64,000 nt of DNA from Pecten maximus (Eukaryota), in contig NC_047033.1 in assembly GCF_902652985.1 (NCBI RefSeq), forward strand, positions 5,518,001 to 5,582,000. Reading direction: 5' to 3'. Below, one piece after another: positions 39,219 through 52,200 of this stretch (position 1 is its first letter; every line of letters begins with the position of its first letter). A program made the position numbers and the translations under genes. The notes under the pieces are model-generated. The model saw only the letters and a list, made by a program, of their open reading frames with translations. It had not been told where the DNA came from and did not search any database.

Positions 39219-39325
39219 GTCCTTCGGAAGGGACGTTAATCCGGGGTCCGGTGTACGGTGAGTCACGCCGTGCACGTTAAAGATCCTCTGCTGGTTTTCA
39301 AACAAGAGTAGGCTAATTGCTAGCC
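39219..39325 (+). other. Deu/Nin-like SINE core domain inside the LINE 3' UTR
   Basis: GTCCTTCGGAAGGGACGTTAATCCGGGGTCC...ACGTTAAAGATCC...TTTTC..AAGAGTAGG matches the recalled DeuSINE/AmnSINE1 core motif order. Confidence 0.7.
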
Positions 39326-41659
39326 GCCACAGAGTATAGGTTCATATAGGTCTCGATTAGGATAACGTAGGGTATTAAGGCAATTCAGTGACAGGTCAAA
39401 ATTTTTTTTTTTTTTAGACATAGAGATAATCGTCTGTCCCTCTCATATTAGATCATTTGGCGATGACGAAATGCGAAATTGCTCCCTATTTAGTGCCCCG
39501 ACCCACCCCTTTCCCCTTAGTGTCCTAGGCTCGGTTATAACCGGAACAAGGACGTTAAGCCCCATCAATCAATCAATCAATCAACATTTTGACAGCTATC
39601 TCCAGAAAATACCCAACATGCTATGTTGAAACTTTTATATTTTGCTTCTCACATGTTGGTCTTGGCCAGGTGAGATGGAAAGTTGCATATGAGATATTGG
39701 GAATTTACTATGAATTTTAATGTTACAATGAAACATATAGCGAAGCTAATTGTGGTCTCGGTCCACATGACATGAAGTTCAATCTAATTTTCAACGGCAT
39801 TACGGAAACGGAAAACACACAGGACGGACAAGCGACGGAAACAGTGCTGAGAGAGTTTATTAAAACAACATTGAAAGTTGACAGTGCTGATGACATTTTA
39901 TTTCATAACGTTCACAGGTTACAACCTAGATCTGACGGGAAACCGAGGGGAATTATCGCCAAATTTGTGCAGTACGCGGATCGCGACCGTGTTCTGAAAG
40001 CAGTTCCGGAGGGCCTTAGAGACAAGCACCATAACTCGGTGTACAAGCAATTTCCTCCCGAAATAGCACAACGAAGGGCGAAACTGTATCCAAAATTAAG
40101 AGAACTTAAAAACAGCGGCAATAATGTGAAATTAGTTTACGACAAGCTGTATGTAAATGGTTCCCTATATGAGGCCCCCGCTTCGGAAAATGCGCGCCAA
40201 TGGAATGGACCCGCCCGCGACAGAGATCATGCACGAGGGGTCGCTTATTAGGACAGTCGCCCAGACGACCTCCAGACGGACCACACCACTACACAACTCA
40301 ATGTTGGTTTTCTAAATGTCTGTGGTATCAAAACAAAACTACGCAATCCTGAATTTTTATCCTTAATTTCAGGATATGACATATTTATATGTGTAGAGAC
40401 AAAAACTGACGACCTTGATGATATTTCGCTTCCAAATGAGTATGATTTTCATCTGAAAAATAGAAAAAAATTAAAAGAAAAACCGGAGGTATTATAGTTA
40501 TATATAGAAAGATATTGTCTGATGTGTTACACTTTCATAACACTAAATCCGAATATGTTCAGTGCTTTGAAATATTAGAAAAATCTACAAATTCAAGAAA
40601 AAGTTTCTTATTTGGGTGTGTATATATCCCGCCCGAGTACTCCAAATATTCTTCTGAAAATGCATTCACTGATTTTGAAGATGAATTGATTTCTTTATTT
40701 AATGAGGATAAAAAAGTAGTTTTGTTGGGAGACTTTAATGCGAGGACAGCGACAATATCTGACTATATTATGCCGGATAAAAAATTTGATTGATTTGTTA
40801 AATATTGTTGAAGATAATAATGATATAGACAATATGTATTCGTTTCAGCAGTTACTAGATCAAAATATTTCTCTAACAAGATATAACAAGGATATAGCAA
40901 ATCCAAACAAATATGGTTTAAGGTTAATCGAGTTATGTAAACAATGCTCCATTTTTATTGCTAATGGTCGTATAGGAAAAGATAAATTCATCGGCGAAAC
41001 AACATGCCGAGATGTCAGTCTATTTGACTATCTTTTATTGTCAGCTGACGCGTTTAAATATATATCCCAATTTGAATTAATAATGAAGTTGGTCCTTCTA
41101 ATCATGTAAAATGGAATCCCGTGAAAAAGGAGGAATTTACAACAGCACTTAATTCAGACCCTGATAATAAATTGCGAGATATCGATAGTAAATTAAATGA
41201 AATGTTAACACTTGCCAATGTTAATAAGGTTTATATTAATAAGGTTGTTGATGATCTATGTAATGTACTGACAACTACTGCCTCGAATGTATTTGGGGTG
41301 ATTTCTAATACACGATGTAAAGTTAAAACTAAGCAAGGGAGTAAACCGTGGTTTAACAAAGACTGTAAAGTAGCCCTTGATGCATTTAACAAGATAAAAA
41401 ACAAATACAAAACCGATAAGTCACCAGAAAATAAAACACAGTTAAAGGTCAAAGGTAGGGAATTACGTAAACTAATTAATGTAAATTTTAGGAATTACCA
41501 GGATAAATGTGCCAAAGAACTAAGGACACTTTCCAAAAGTAACCCTAAGATGTTTTGGAAAATACTTAACAAATTTAGTATATCAAAAAAGAAGAGTCCA
41601 TACGTACCTTTAGATTTGATTTACAAATATATACTTCAAGAAAATAAATAGTGACAGAG

Positions 41660-41713
41660 ATGGTGATGATGATGATGATGATGATGATGATGCCTTATCT
41701 GATGATGATGATG
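41660..41713 (+). repeat. (GAT)n microsatellite at a disrupted point of the RTE-X ORF2
   Basis: Directly visible. Confidence 0.9.
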
Positions 41714-44700
41714 TAATATTTAACACAGGAATAATAACTGAAAGCTGGACAATTGGTGTCATCAAGCCTATGTATAAAAACAAGGGAAATGAAAACGATC
41801 CAGATAATTATAGAGCAATAACTCTTATCAGTTGTCTTGGAAAACTGTTTACCTCGATAATAAATACTAGATTAAATGCATTCTCGAACCGAACAAATCC
41901 AATATCAAAAAATCAAGCAGGGTTCCGACAAAAACACTCCACAGTCGATAACATATTCATAATGCATGCGTTGATATCTATTCATCTGGCTAGTAATAAA
42001 AAATTATACTGCACTTTTGTTGATTTTCGTAAAGCATTCGATACCGTCTGGCGTGCAGGACTATGGGATAAACTTAGAAAGACTAACATAAAAGGGAAAT
42101 GCTTTAGAGTAATTCATAATATGTATGATAATATAAAATCTTGCGTACAATATAACTCACAAACTTCTGATTGCTTTCCGTGTTTAGTTGGTGTACGCCA
42201 AGGGGAAAATCTCTCTCCATTTCTTTTTTCAATATTTTAAAATGATTTAGAAGAATATATGGGGTCTAAAGGAGTTAGCTCCCTTGACATTACATGTATG
42301 TCTACGAAACTGTCCGAAACTCTACAAATTTTTATGAAAATATTGATATTATTATACGCAGACGATACCGTAATTTTTTTCTGAAACGCCAAAAGATATG
42401 CAAAATGCACTGGATATTTTTCAACAGTATTGCGATACATGGAAACTACAAGTCAACATTAACAAAACAAAAGTGATGATTTTTAGTAAGAGAAAAAATA
42501 GACAAGTTTCTCATTTTGTGTTAAACGGGCAAGTACTAGAAACTACAGATACGTTTACTTATCTTGGTGTCAATTTCAAGTATAATGGAAGTTTTTCCTC
42601 TGCTATAAAGAGATTGGGTGATCAAGCACAGAAGTCTATATACTCAATATATAAACAGGTACGTTATCATGCTATACCTATAGATTTACAGTTAAAATTA
42701 TTTGATTCATTAGTCCAGCCAATATTGTTATACGGCTCAGAAGTATGGGGTTTCGAAAATTGTAGTCAAATTGAACAAATTCACCTTAAATTTTGCAAAC
42801 GCATATTAAAAGTTAGAAGCAGTACTCCAAATTATATGGTATATGGCGAATTGGGTAGGTTTCCACTAGAAGTTGATATTAAACTGAGAATGCTATCATT
42901 TTGGAACAAAATTATACAAAATGAAAACAAATTAAGTAGCATATTGTATAAACTAATCTCAAAATTGCATGCTGAAGGATCCTATAGCTTTAAATGGATA
43001 ACTTATATTAAAAATATTTTTGATGAAGCTGGTTACTCGAACATTTTCATGAACGATATACAAATGTTTGAGGACTTTTATAAATGTATCATGAGGCAAC
43101 GCTTTCAGGATCAATTTATTCAGAAATGGTATTCGAATGTTGAAAACTCGTCTAAAGGTCATACTTATTTATTATTCAAACCGAAATTTGGTTTTGAAAA
43201 TTATCTTACTAAGTTATCAGAAAGAAATAGAATAATTCTAACCAAATTTCGCACGTCTAATTTAAAATGCCAATCGAGACAGGTAGATGGCATAATGTGT
43301 TAAAAGAAGAAAGGATATATACTTTATGTAATGAAAATGTTGGAGATGAGTTTCACTATTTGTTTATATGTAAGCATGAAGGAGTCAAAATTATACGCTC
43401 AAAATATATACCACATTATTACTGTAATAATCCAAGCTTACATAAAATAAGTGGTTTAATATCAATATGTAATATTCAATTACTGAAGAAAATTTCACTG
43501 TTTATTAGAAAACTGACGGTGCTTTTGTAAAGTTATTTATGTATAGCTATAAAGACTGTAATTAATATAACTGTGTAGAAATGTAAGCGTATACATGTAG
43601 TTAGATCTTTTAGTATATTCTATTTCACATTTCAATCAAGATGTGTAATATCTATACTGTATGTATTTATTCAAGATCAACTCTTTAATTATAAGATTAG
43701 AGTAGGTATTGTTATATAGATATATGATACACATGCATATTCTATAATTATGGTCTAAAATTAATTCTAAAAAATCTACACTGTTCTACTGTTCATCTTG
43801 CCATGTGTTGTTTCATGATGTAATCCATGTTACACATATCAATGTGTCTGGGTGACTAAAAATAAATCTGAAATCTGAAATCTGACACCTGTATATACAG
43901 GTTAACGTTTCATAACATCAGAGACATGATAAAACATGACGTCGTGTCATAATGACAATAGAGACTGAAGTGAAAATATAAATTTGAATTTGACCAAATA
44001 ATTGAATAAATTGTAGTAAATAAAAAGGAAGAAAAACGTGAACGTGCAAAATAAGTACAGCTACGTCAGCATAGGAAATGTGTTTGATTTTACAAAGTAC
44101 AAAGGACCCATATGATATAGTCATTTAGTATAATTCCATATTTATTTATGATCACCTTAACCATTGTATAATAATATTCGAAAGGGGATGTTAATGTTTT
44201 CTTTTAAACGAATAATTTATACATTATCAATTAGCCAACGGGGTTCGGACGTTTATAGGGACATTAATAGTATACCTCAATACATTACTTTATCTATTTT
44301 CTATACTGATAAAATGTTCGCCTGCAAAGTCATATGTCTATGTTAATTACTTAAACGTATGTAAATGTAAATGATTAAATCATATTAATTCTTTATATAG
44401 GTGTATATATATACAGCTACATTTTTTTGTCGATATGCGTTGAGTCACTTCATGATATAACCACTTAGTAGCTTTATTTGTTCAATACGTATACGATAGC
44501 TATAACTACATAGTATATATAAGTAAGCTAGACTAATAGTTACAACATACAAATTAAAATATTTATATTATGATGAGTACTAGGAAACATGTTATTGCAA
44601 ATAAAATCAGTCAAGTTGAGGAGAGGTAACTCTTTACCAGGGAAAATTACGCCAAAATTTAAGTATAATTCATACGTATGTGGTTACCCCTTTAAGCTTC

Positions 44701-45201
44701 CGTAGGTTTCAAATTGAAGTACATTATTTATCAATTACCCAATTGAACTTTACTGGGCTTTTTGCACTCACCAGCATTCAAATGATTAAAGATGTCATAG
44801 AGCATAGCAAATTTGTATTGAAAAGAAAGTGAGTTTTATGTAAGTTTTTTTTACTGACCTTGAAATGTATGATTTTCTCCTTTATCTTTTATATTAAAAG
44901 TAAATAAATAATTAATATCATCCTGATTAAATCTACCGTGTTCTGTCTTAATGGTTTGTATACACATGTAAAATCTTACCAACCTGCCATGTTGACTTTT
45001 AGTGCTTTATTATGCAAAGTGGGCGATCCCATTTCTGTAGAGGAATGTCAACCTGTTCAAAACGTGCTTGTACCCGTTGTGGAGTAACTGGCTGCGATAT
45101 TTCAAGATGCTTATAAAATACCTGCGATTTGGGGTAGACAATAGCAAACAGTTTTAAAAAACAATCGTAATACAAAAATGAAACAAGAAAAATAGATCCA
45201 G

Positions 45202-45945
45202 ATACGAGCGAAAGGGGGAGAGGGGCTTTACGAGCGAAGGGGGGGGGGGGGGGGGGGGGCATATACGAGCGAAAGGGGGGAGCATATATGAGCGAAAGGG
45301 GGGAATATACGAGCGAAAGGGGGGGCATATACGAGCGAAAGGGGAGAGCATATACGAGCGAAAGGGGGATATACGAACGAAAGGGGGGAGCATATACGAG
45401 CGAAATGGGGGATATACGAGCGAAAGGGGGGAGCATATACGAGCGAAAAGGGGGGAACATATACGAGCGAAAGGGGGGGCATATACGAGCGAAAGGGGGG
45501 GCATATACGAGCGAAAGGGGGGGCATATACGAGCGAAAGGGGGGAGCATATACGAGCGAAAGGGGGGGGGGATATACGAGCAAAAGGGGGGGCATATACG
45601 AGCGAAAGGGGGGACATATACGAGCGAAAGGGGGGAGCATATACGAGCGAAAGGGGGGGGGGCATATACGAACGAAAAGGGGGGCATATACGATCGAAAG
45701 GGGGGGCATATACAAGCGAAACGGGGGGGCATATACGAACGAAAAGGGGGAGCATATACGAGCGAAGGGGGGGATATACGAGCGAAAGGGTGGGGGCATT
45801 TACGAGCGAAGGGGGGGGGGCATATACGAGCGAAAGAGGGAGCTTTATACGAGCGAAAGAGGGAGCTTTATACGAGCGAAAGGGGGGCATATACGAACGA
45901 AGGGGGGGGGGGCATATACGAGCGAAAGGGGGGGGGGCATATACC
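45202..45945 (+). repeat. G-rich minisatellite, ~21-25-bp unit (CATATACGAGCGAAA-Gn), ~32 units
   Basis: Directly visible; G-run length varies between units. Confidence 0.96.
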
Positions 45946-47527
45946 ATGTAGAACAAAATTAAAACTGATATCACAAAGAAAAACGCTTTTCTGGATTCGA
46001 TCCCGTAATCCTTCCTGACTGATCCGTAATAATTTTAGATTTTGGTATAGAAAACAAAACAAAGAAAAAACATTGGAAAATCAAAATGAGATGTCCATGT
46101 GCATTTGAAAGCAAAACTACTTGCTAAATGAATTGAAATCCCGAGGAGAGAAGGCGGAAAAATCAGAATGGCCATTACTATATCAATGGTAAAGAAAAGG
46201 GAGATGGTCTTAAATTTTGAATTAATTTGAGGAAGTGTCAATATTGGATAAATCTGAAAGAACATTGATAAAACATCATACATATTATTCGCATTTACAT
46301 AAGCTTTTTATCATCCTTTATCTTTGGAAACTCTTGAGAGTTTTTCTTCAGTAGTCGACAACGGTTGTGAGCATCTGAAAAGGTCTTTAAATACTGGATC
46401 AATCATGATATATGAAAACGCCATATGTAACGATGTTAATATCTAGACGTTGTAAACGGACAATTTGCGATTTGACCATTGACATTATATGCGGTAACAT
46501 GCACATACTATGTGAGACAGAATTTAGACATTAATTTTGACAAAACAGTAGTCACAAATTGAAACCGTAATTTTCTAAGATTAAATTGATGCATATATGC
46601 AGTACCTTTAAATATACTGATAGTCATAAATAAGACGATGTTAGGTGGTCATATTACATAACTAAGGGTAAAAGAACGTCATCTAAAGCTACCTAAGGTA
46701 TTCGTTAATTACTTAGTTTATTATCTCTTAATATTGTGTCTATAAATAAACGTTAAACGACACGAATTATGGAAATGAAATCAATTCAAAACTATTTTAT
46801 CTGGAATATCGTTCAATTAAAACAAATTAACATTTTTCTATCAGATAAATGTTGATTAATTATTCGATTTCGTTTTAAGATTTATTTTATCAAGTAACTT
46901 CCATCTTAATTGAAAAAAAAAATCCACGTAAGAGTAGTTGATGTGCACGATGTGTCACTATTTAAGCTAACCCGTCCGATGCATTGACGACTCTGCCTAA
47001 TTTGGAAGACGCCTGGTCCAAACTGATTCGTGTATCGGTAAGCAACTTACTTTAATTATCAAATATCTTATTTGCTCGTTATCATTAAGGTTTATTGATG
47101 CAACGTTTACCTTGTAAACCCGTTATTTGTATATTTACTTAAATCTATTGAACGCTTTTTGACTTTTATTTGAGTGAATTTTATTTGAAGATATTTTCGC
47201 ATTGGTATTCTTATACATGAACATCTCACCAACTGTATACATTTGTAAGATTTTGGAATATTTTGAGTATTGTCATTGATACCAATTAAAGACACATTTA
47301 CTTTAACTAAGTGGAATATAGTATAGTGAAAATCATGAGTTTCTTGTTTTGTACAAACGAAAAAGGTCACAATATTTTAGAGTAAATTCTTGCATTGTGA
47401 AGTGACTACGCTCATCTGTGATGTGTCGAGTACACCAATTTATGGTGGAGTACATCCACGTATGTTTAAGTGAGTAAATTCGTGTATGACATAATTGATA
47501 AACATTTCTAACAAAAAGTAGACCCAA

Positions 47528-48900
47528 TATTCGGTTAAGTAGGTATACCGCTGTACAGTGATAATAGTAGATTAACATACGGTTTAGTGGGTATACCCCG
47601 GTACAGTGATAATAGTAGATCAATGTTCGGTTTAGTGGGTAGACCGCTGTACAGTGATAATAGTAGATAAATGTTCGGTTTAGTGGGTATACCGCTGTAC
47701 AGTGATACTAGTAGATTAACGTACGGTTTAGTGAGTAGACCGCTGTACAGTGATAATAGTAGATCAATGTACGGTTTAGTGGGTAGACCGCTGTACAGTG
47801 ATAATAGTTGATTAACGTACAGTTTAGTGAGTAGACCGCTGTACAGTGATAATAGTAGACCAATGTTCGGTTTAGTAGGTAGACCGTTGTACAGTGATAA
47901 TAGTAGATCAATGTACGGTTTAGTAGGTATACCGCTGTACAGTGATTATAGTAGATCAATGTTCGGTTTAGTGGGTAGACCGCTGTACAGTGATAATAGT
48001 AGATCAATGTTCGGTTTAGTGGGTAGACCGTTGTACAGTGATAATAGTAGATCAATGTTCGGTTTAGTAGGTATACCGCTGTACAGTGATAATAGTAGAT
48101 CAATGTTCGGTTTAGTGGGTATACCGCTGTACAGTGATAATAGTAGAGCAATGTACGGTTTAGTGGGTAGTCCGCTGTACAGTGATACTAGGAGACCAAT
48201 GTACGGTTTAGTAGGTAGACCGCTGTACAGTGATAATAGTAGATCAATGTTCGGTTTAGTGGGTAGACCGTTGTACAGTGATAATAGTAGATCAATGTAC
48301 GGTTTAGTAGATAGACCGCTGTACAGTGATAATTGTAGATCAATGTTCGGTTTAGTGCGTATGCCGCTGTACAGTGATAATAGTAGATTAACGTACGGTT
48401 TAGTGGGTAGACCGCTGTACAGTGATAATAGTATATCAATGTTCGGTTTAGTGGGTAGACCGCTGTACAGTGATAATAGTAGATCAATGTTCGGTTTAGT
48501 AGGTAGACTGCTGTACAGTGATTATAGTAGATCAATGTTCCGTTTAGTGGGTAGACCGTTGTACAGTGATAATAGTAGATCAATGTTCGGTTTAGTGGGT
48601 ATACCGCTGTACAGTGATAATAGTAGATCAATGTACGGTTAAGTGGGTATACCCCGGTACAGTGATAATAGTAGATCAATGTTCGGTTTAGTGGGTAGAC
48701 CGCTGTACAGTGATGATAGTAGATCAATGTTCGGTTTAGTGGGTAGACCGCTGTACAGTGATAATAGTAGATTAACGTACGGTTTAGTAGGTATACCGCT
48801 GTACAGTGATAATAGTAGATCAATGTACGGTTTAGTGGGTATGCCGCTTTACAGTGATAACTATAGTCAATGTACGGTTTAGTGGGTAGACCGCTGTATA
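47528..48900 (+). repeat. 48-bp tandem array (GGTTTAGTGGGTAGACCGCTGTACAGTGATAATAGTAGATCAATGTTC)n, ~28 units
   Basis: Directly visible; 16-aa periodic ORFs on both strands. Confidence 0.97.
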
Positions 48901-49205
48901 TTTAAAATAGAAAGGAAATATACGGTTCAATAGGTAAACCCATATGCAGAAACAAGGACACCTATGTAACGTTAATTGCGTACACACAAGACGATTGCTT
49001 TCGTTGTTTGGGGGTTACAATTACAAAGTTGAACAAAGGCGAATATTTTCTCTAATGTCAATGTACATAAACAATTTAGAATTATCAATGTTTTAGCGCT
49101 TTTGTTGTGATTATTACGCTAATCATACGTTCTACATACTGTGCTTTTAGCAAGATCTAGGATATAAAGATTCATTAAACTTCAGACCTATTCATGGAAC
49201 ACACG

Positions 49206-49260
49206 ATGAAGCTCCTGGCGACATGGATAGCTCTGCTGTACCTGGCTCAATTCAGTGAAG
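49206..49260 (+). CDS. EGF gene first coding exon: signal peptide MKLLATWIALLYLAQFSE
   Basis: Basic residue plus hydrophobic core; donor AAG|GTAACT, phase 1. Confidence 0.75.
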
Positions 49261-52200
49261 GTAACTCACCCCATAATGACATACATGTAGTCCGATTACT
49301 AACTATCTCTAGAAAATACCCCGAAAAAGAATCTAAACGAATCTAAATCACTACAAAACAACTCCAAGAAAATAAATCACTACAAAACACCTAAGAACAA
49401 AATTCACTACAAAACAACTTCAAGAATCTAAATCACTACAAAACAACTTCAAGAATCTAAATCACTACAAAACAACTTCAAGAATCTAAATCACTAGAAA
49501 ACAATCCAAGAATCTAAATCACTACAAAACAACTTCAAGAATCAAAATCACTATAAAACAACTTCAAGAATCTAAATCATTACAAAACACCTCCACGAAC
49601 CTAAATCACTACAAAACACCTCCACGAATCTAAATCACTACCAAACACCTCCAAGAATCTAAATCACAGCAAAACACCTCCAAGAAACTCAATCACAACA
49701 AAACACCTCCATGAATCTAAATCACTACAAAACATCTCCAAGAATCTATATCGCTACAAAACACCTCCAAGAAACTCAATCACAACAAAACACCTCCATG
49801 AATCTAAATAACTACAAAACACATCCATGAACTTAAAAGACTGCTTCTCTTTATTACATGTACTATGATTGAAATAGGATTGCCTTTTCGTTCATTACAT
49901 GTTTAAACCTAAATATTTTTAAATCACAGAGTTTTGTTTTGCAGTAGACAGTTCTTGCGGTCACATTGCATGTATAAATAGTACAGCCATCAGATGTATG
50001 ATCTTGTACGGAGAAGTAGTGTTACATATGTAATAACAACTATTTGATTTGTTTATGACAATTTGATATCAAGCGATTAAACAATTGTCAAACAAAACAG
50101 AGCGACGATGGAAGAATTAACGTGGAATTATCAATTACGGTTTTGTTTTCCATTCACCTCCATACACTAGCAACAGAAGTTTTGAGCAAACCCCTCTCCC
50201 ACCCTCAAACCTCGTTATCAAGAAATGTCAAGACCCTACAACACTCATGAATACTCATGAAAACTTATATATTAAAGATAAATACATTTATATCACATTT
50301 TCACTTATTGTTATCCGTCAAATTTAAAAAAAAAATCATATATATGGCATTTAATAAATGCTCAATTTTCGACAATATTGGTTTTTGCGTTTTTTGTTAG
50401 CATGAACATAGCAGAGTTCATATGTGTGCTACACTGGGGAAATTAAAAAATCTAAAAACAAAATCAAATATATATCTAATGAAATGTAGTTAGCTTCTCT
50501 CCGCATTGTGTAGATATTATATTCCCAAATAGAAAACTAATAATTTCAAGACCGACACAACTACACAGTTTCAAATAAAAATGTGTGGAAACGGAACTAG
50601 GTGGCATATTTCTGCCATCGAGTTGCCGACTTGAAAGATGTCGATATATTTCCGAGAAGATGTCAACATCATAAACAAATATGTCGATATAAACCGAAAA
50701 ATATACCGACTTATAAGCTTAATTGCCGAGATAATAAAGCCGTGATAACTATCTAGGAAGTTGGAAACTCGGCTTTATATAGCACGGTGGCATATTTCTG
50801 CCAGCCACTTCCTAGATGATGATGAATATTATCTCAGTAAGTAAACTATTAAGTCGACATATTTTCCGGTTTATGTCGGCATATTTTTTATGATGTCGAC
50901 ATCTTCTCAGAAATATGTCGACATATTTAAGTCGTAAGTCGGCAACACGATGACAGAAATATGCCACCACGGAACGATACAGATGTTCAGATAGTAAAAG
51001 AATGTGACACTGCCTGTTTGTCAAAATAAACTGTGTTTTAAAGAAAACGACGGAGAATGCTGCTTGAGTGGTAAATGACATATATAGAAATTACATAAGG
51101 GCAGGAATAAATTAGTAACGGTAATAAGTACAATGATGAAACGCCTCGGTTCTAATAACACCATACTCTCATGAAAAATCTCATATCATTTGATAGATAT
51201 AGACTTTCATATACACCTAACATCACCTGCTAACTTCAACTAACACATCTTTAAGATACAATATGGTGTTGTTTTTTGTTTTGATAAAAAGGAGAAAAGA
51301 TAAAATAATGCATATATGTATAATATGGTACCGGAAACGATGAAAGCCAACTCCGAGTAAAATAGATAAACAAAAGGGTTTAGAATAAACATAATACATG
51401 TACATGTATCTGTTTCCAATGAATAAAATACATTCGTTACAAAAAGCTCCTTGAATTAATTAATCAATTATTGGAATTAAGAAAAGTATTTGTTTACCGT
51501 GATTTCCTGCGAATACCCCGCGGAAAATAAATTTTATGTATAAAACTGATTTTAGATGGCAACCTGCGTTTTCATTTACATAGATATGTACACATCCGGA
51601 CTATGTGTGTTTGTCATATTTCTCAAAATATTGATGAATTACAAAATAATTACGCCTTTTCTATTTTAACAGGTGGTCGATCCTTATGCAGACCTGGACA
51701 GTGTCAAAATGGAGGAACATGCCTTAGAGGAATATGTATTTGTCTTTCGGGATTTGAAGGGTGTTTCTGTGAGAATTTGGGTAAGTAAACGCATATACTT
51801 GACATGTATTTTCATTCTGGTATAAAATCAAGAATAGAGACATGAGATAATAACCATTCTATACACATGTATGTAACATAAATTCGTATGAGACATTCCC
51901 GAAGTCTGGTTTATGCGTATTCCAAACATAATATGTTAACAATAGACACCAATGCCATCGTTCTAAACATAATCACATGGTGGGTAAATTTGACTTATTT
52001 ACGTGTTGACAACAACATAAGTTAAAGTGATACAATATTCACAACTGTGTAAGATAATTGGTTTGTCACCCAAATTTTATATCACTTGTATACTAGAGTC
52101 TGGAAACGGTTGAATGCTTAAATGTACTTCGTGAAATGAGTTTTCAACTTTATGTAGGATTTGTTGTTTCATATTGACATAAATGGACTGTCGACTTCGC

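Larger units (their letters stand above)
31365..39583 (+). mobile_element. Near-intact 8.2-kb I-superfamily (I/Nimb-like) LINE
   Basis: 15-bp TSD ACATTTTGACAGCTA (31350-31364 and 39584-39598). ORF1, ORF2 with APE-RT-RNase H-CCHC, a long 3' UTR and an (ATCA)n tail. Confidence 0.93.
31086..39765 (-). mobile_element. TIR MITE copy 2 (31086-31364 plus 39584-39765), split by the I-type LINE
   Basis: Reverse complement of 27892-28344, roughly 90-94% identical by eye, both TIRs present. Sits in RTE-X ORF1 with ACAT repeated near both ends. Confidence 0.9.
30554..43877 (+). mobile_element. Full-span degraded RTE-X-like LINE (~4.6 kb own sequence) hosting a MITE and a second LINE
   Basis: 12-bp TSD AAATCTGACACC (30542-30553 and 43878-43889) and an AATAAA-(TCTGAAA)n tail. 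ORF1 reads ..KQQTH|DMKFNLIFNGI.. across the insertion. ORF2 motifs: FLNVCG, GDFNAR, DFRKAFD, GVRQGENLSP, YADD, ELGRFPL, IETGRW. Confidence 0.88.

Noticed and set aside
31350-39658. One ~85-bp target-site duplication for the I-type LINE
   Set aside because: The two copies differ by 4 substitutions and a short insertion, and the 5' copy is identical to another MITE copy; a 15-bp TSD fits exactly.
44999-45974. Pro-rich and Gly-rich ORFs on both strands
   Set aside because: Translations of the G-run minisatellite; unit length varies without regard to frame.
47708-48882. 16-aa periodic ORFs, and possible CRISPR-like array
   Set aside because: A 48-bp head-to-tail satellite with no unique spacers, no cas genes and a eukaryotic context.
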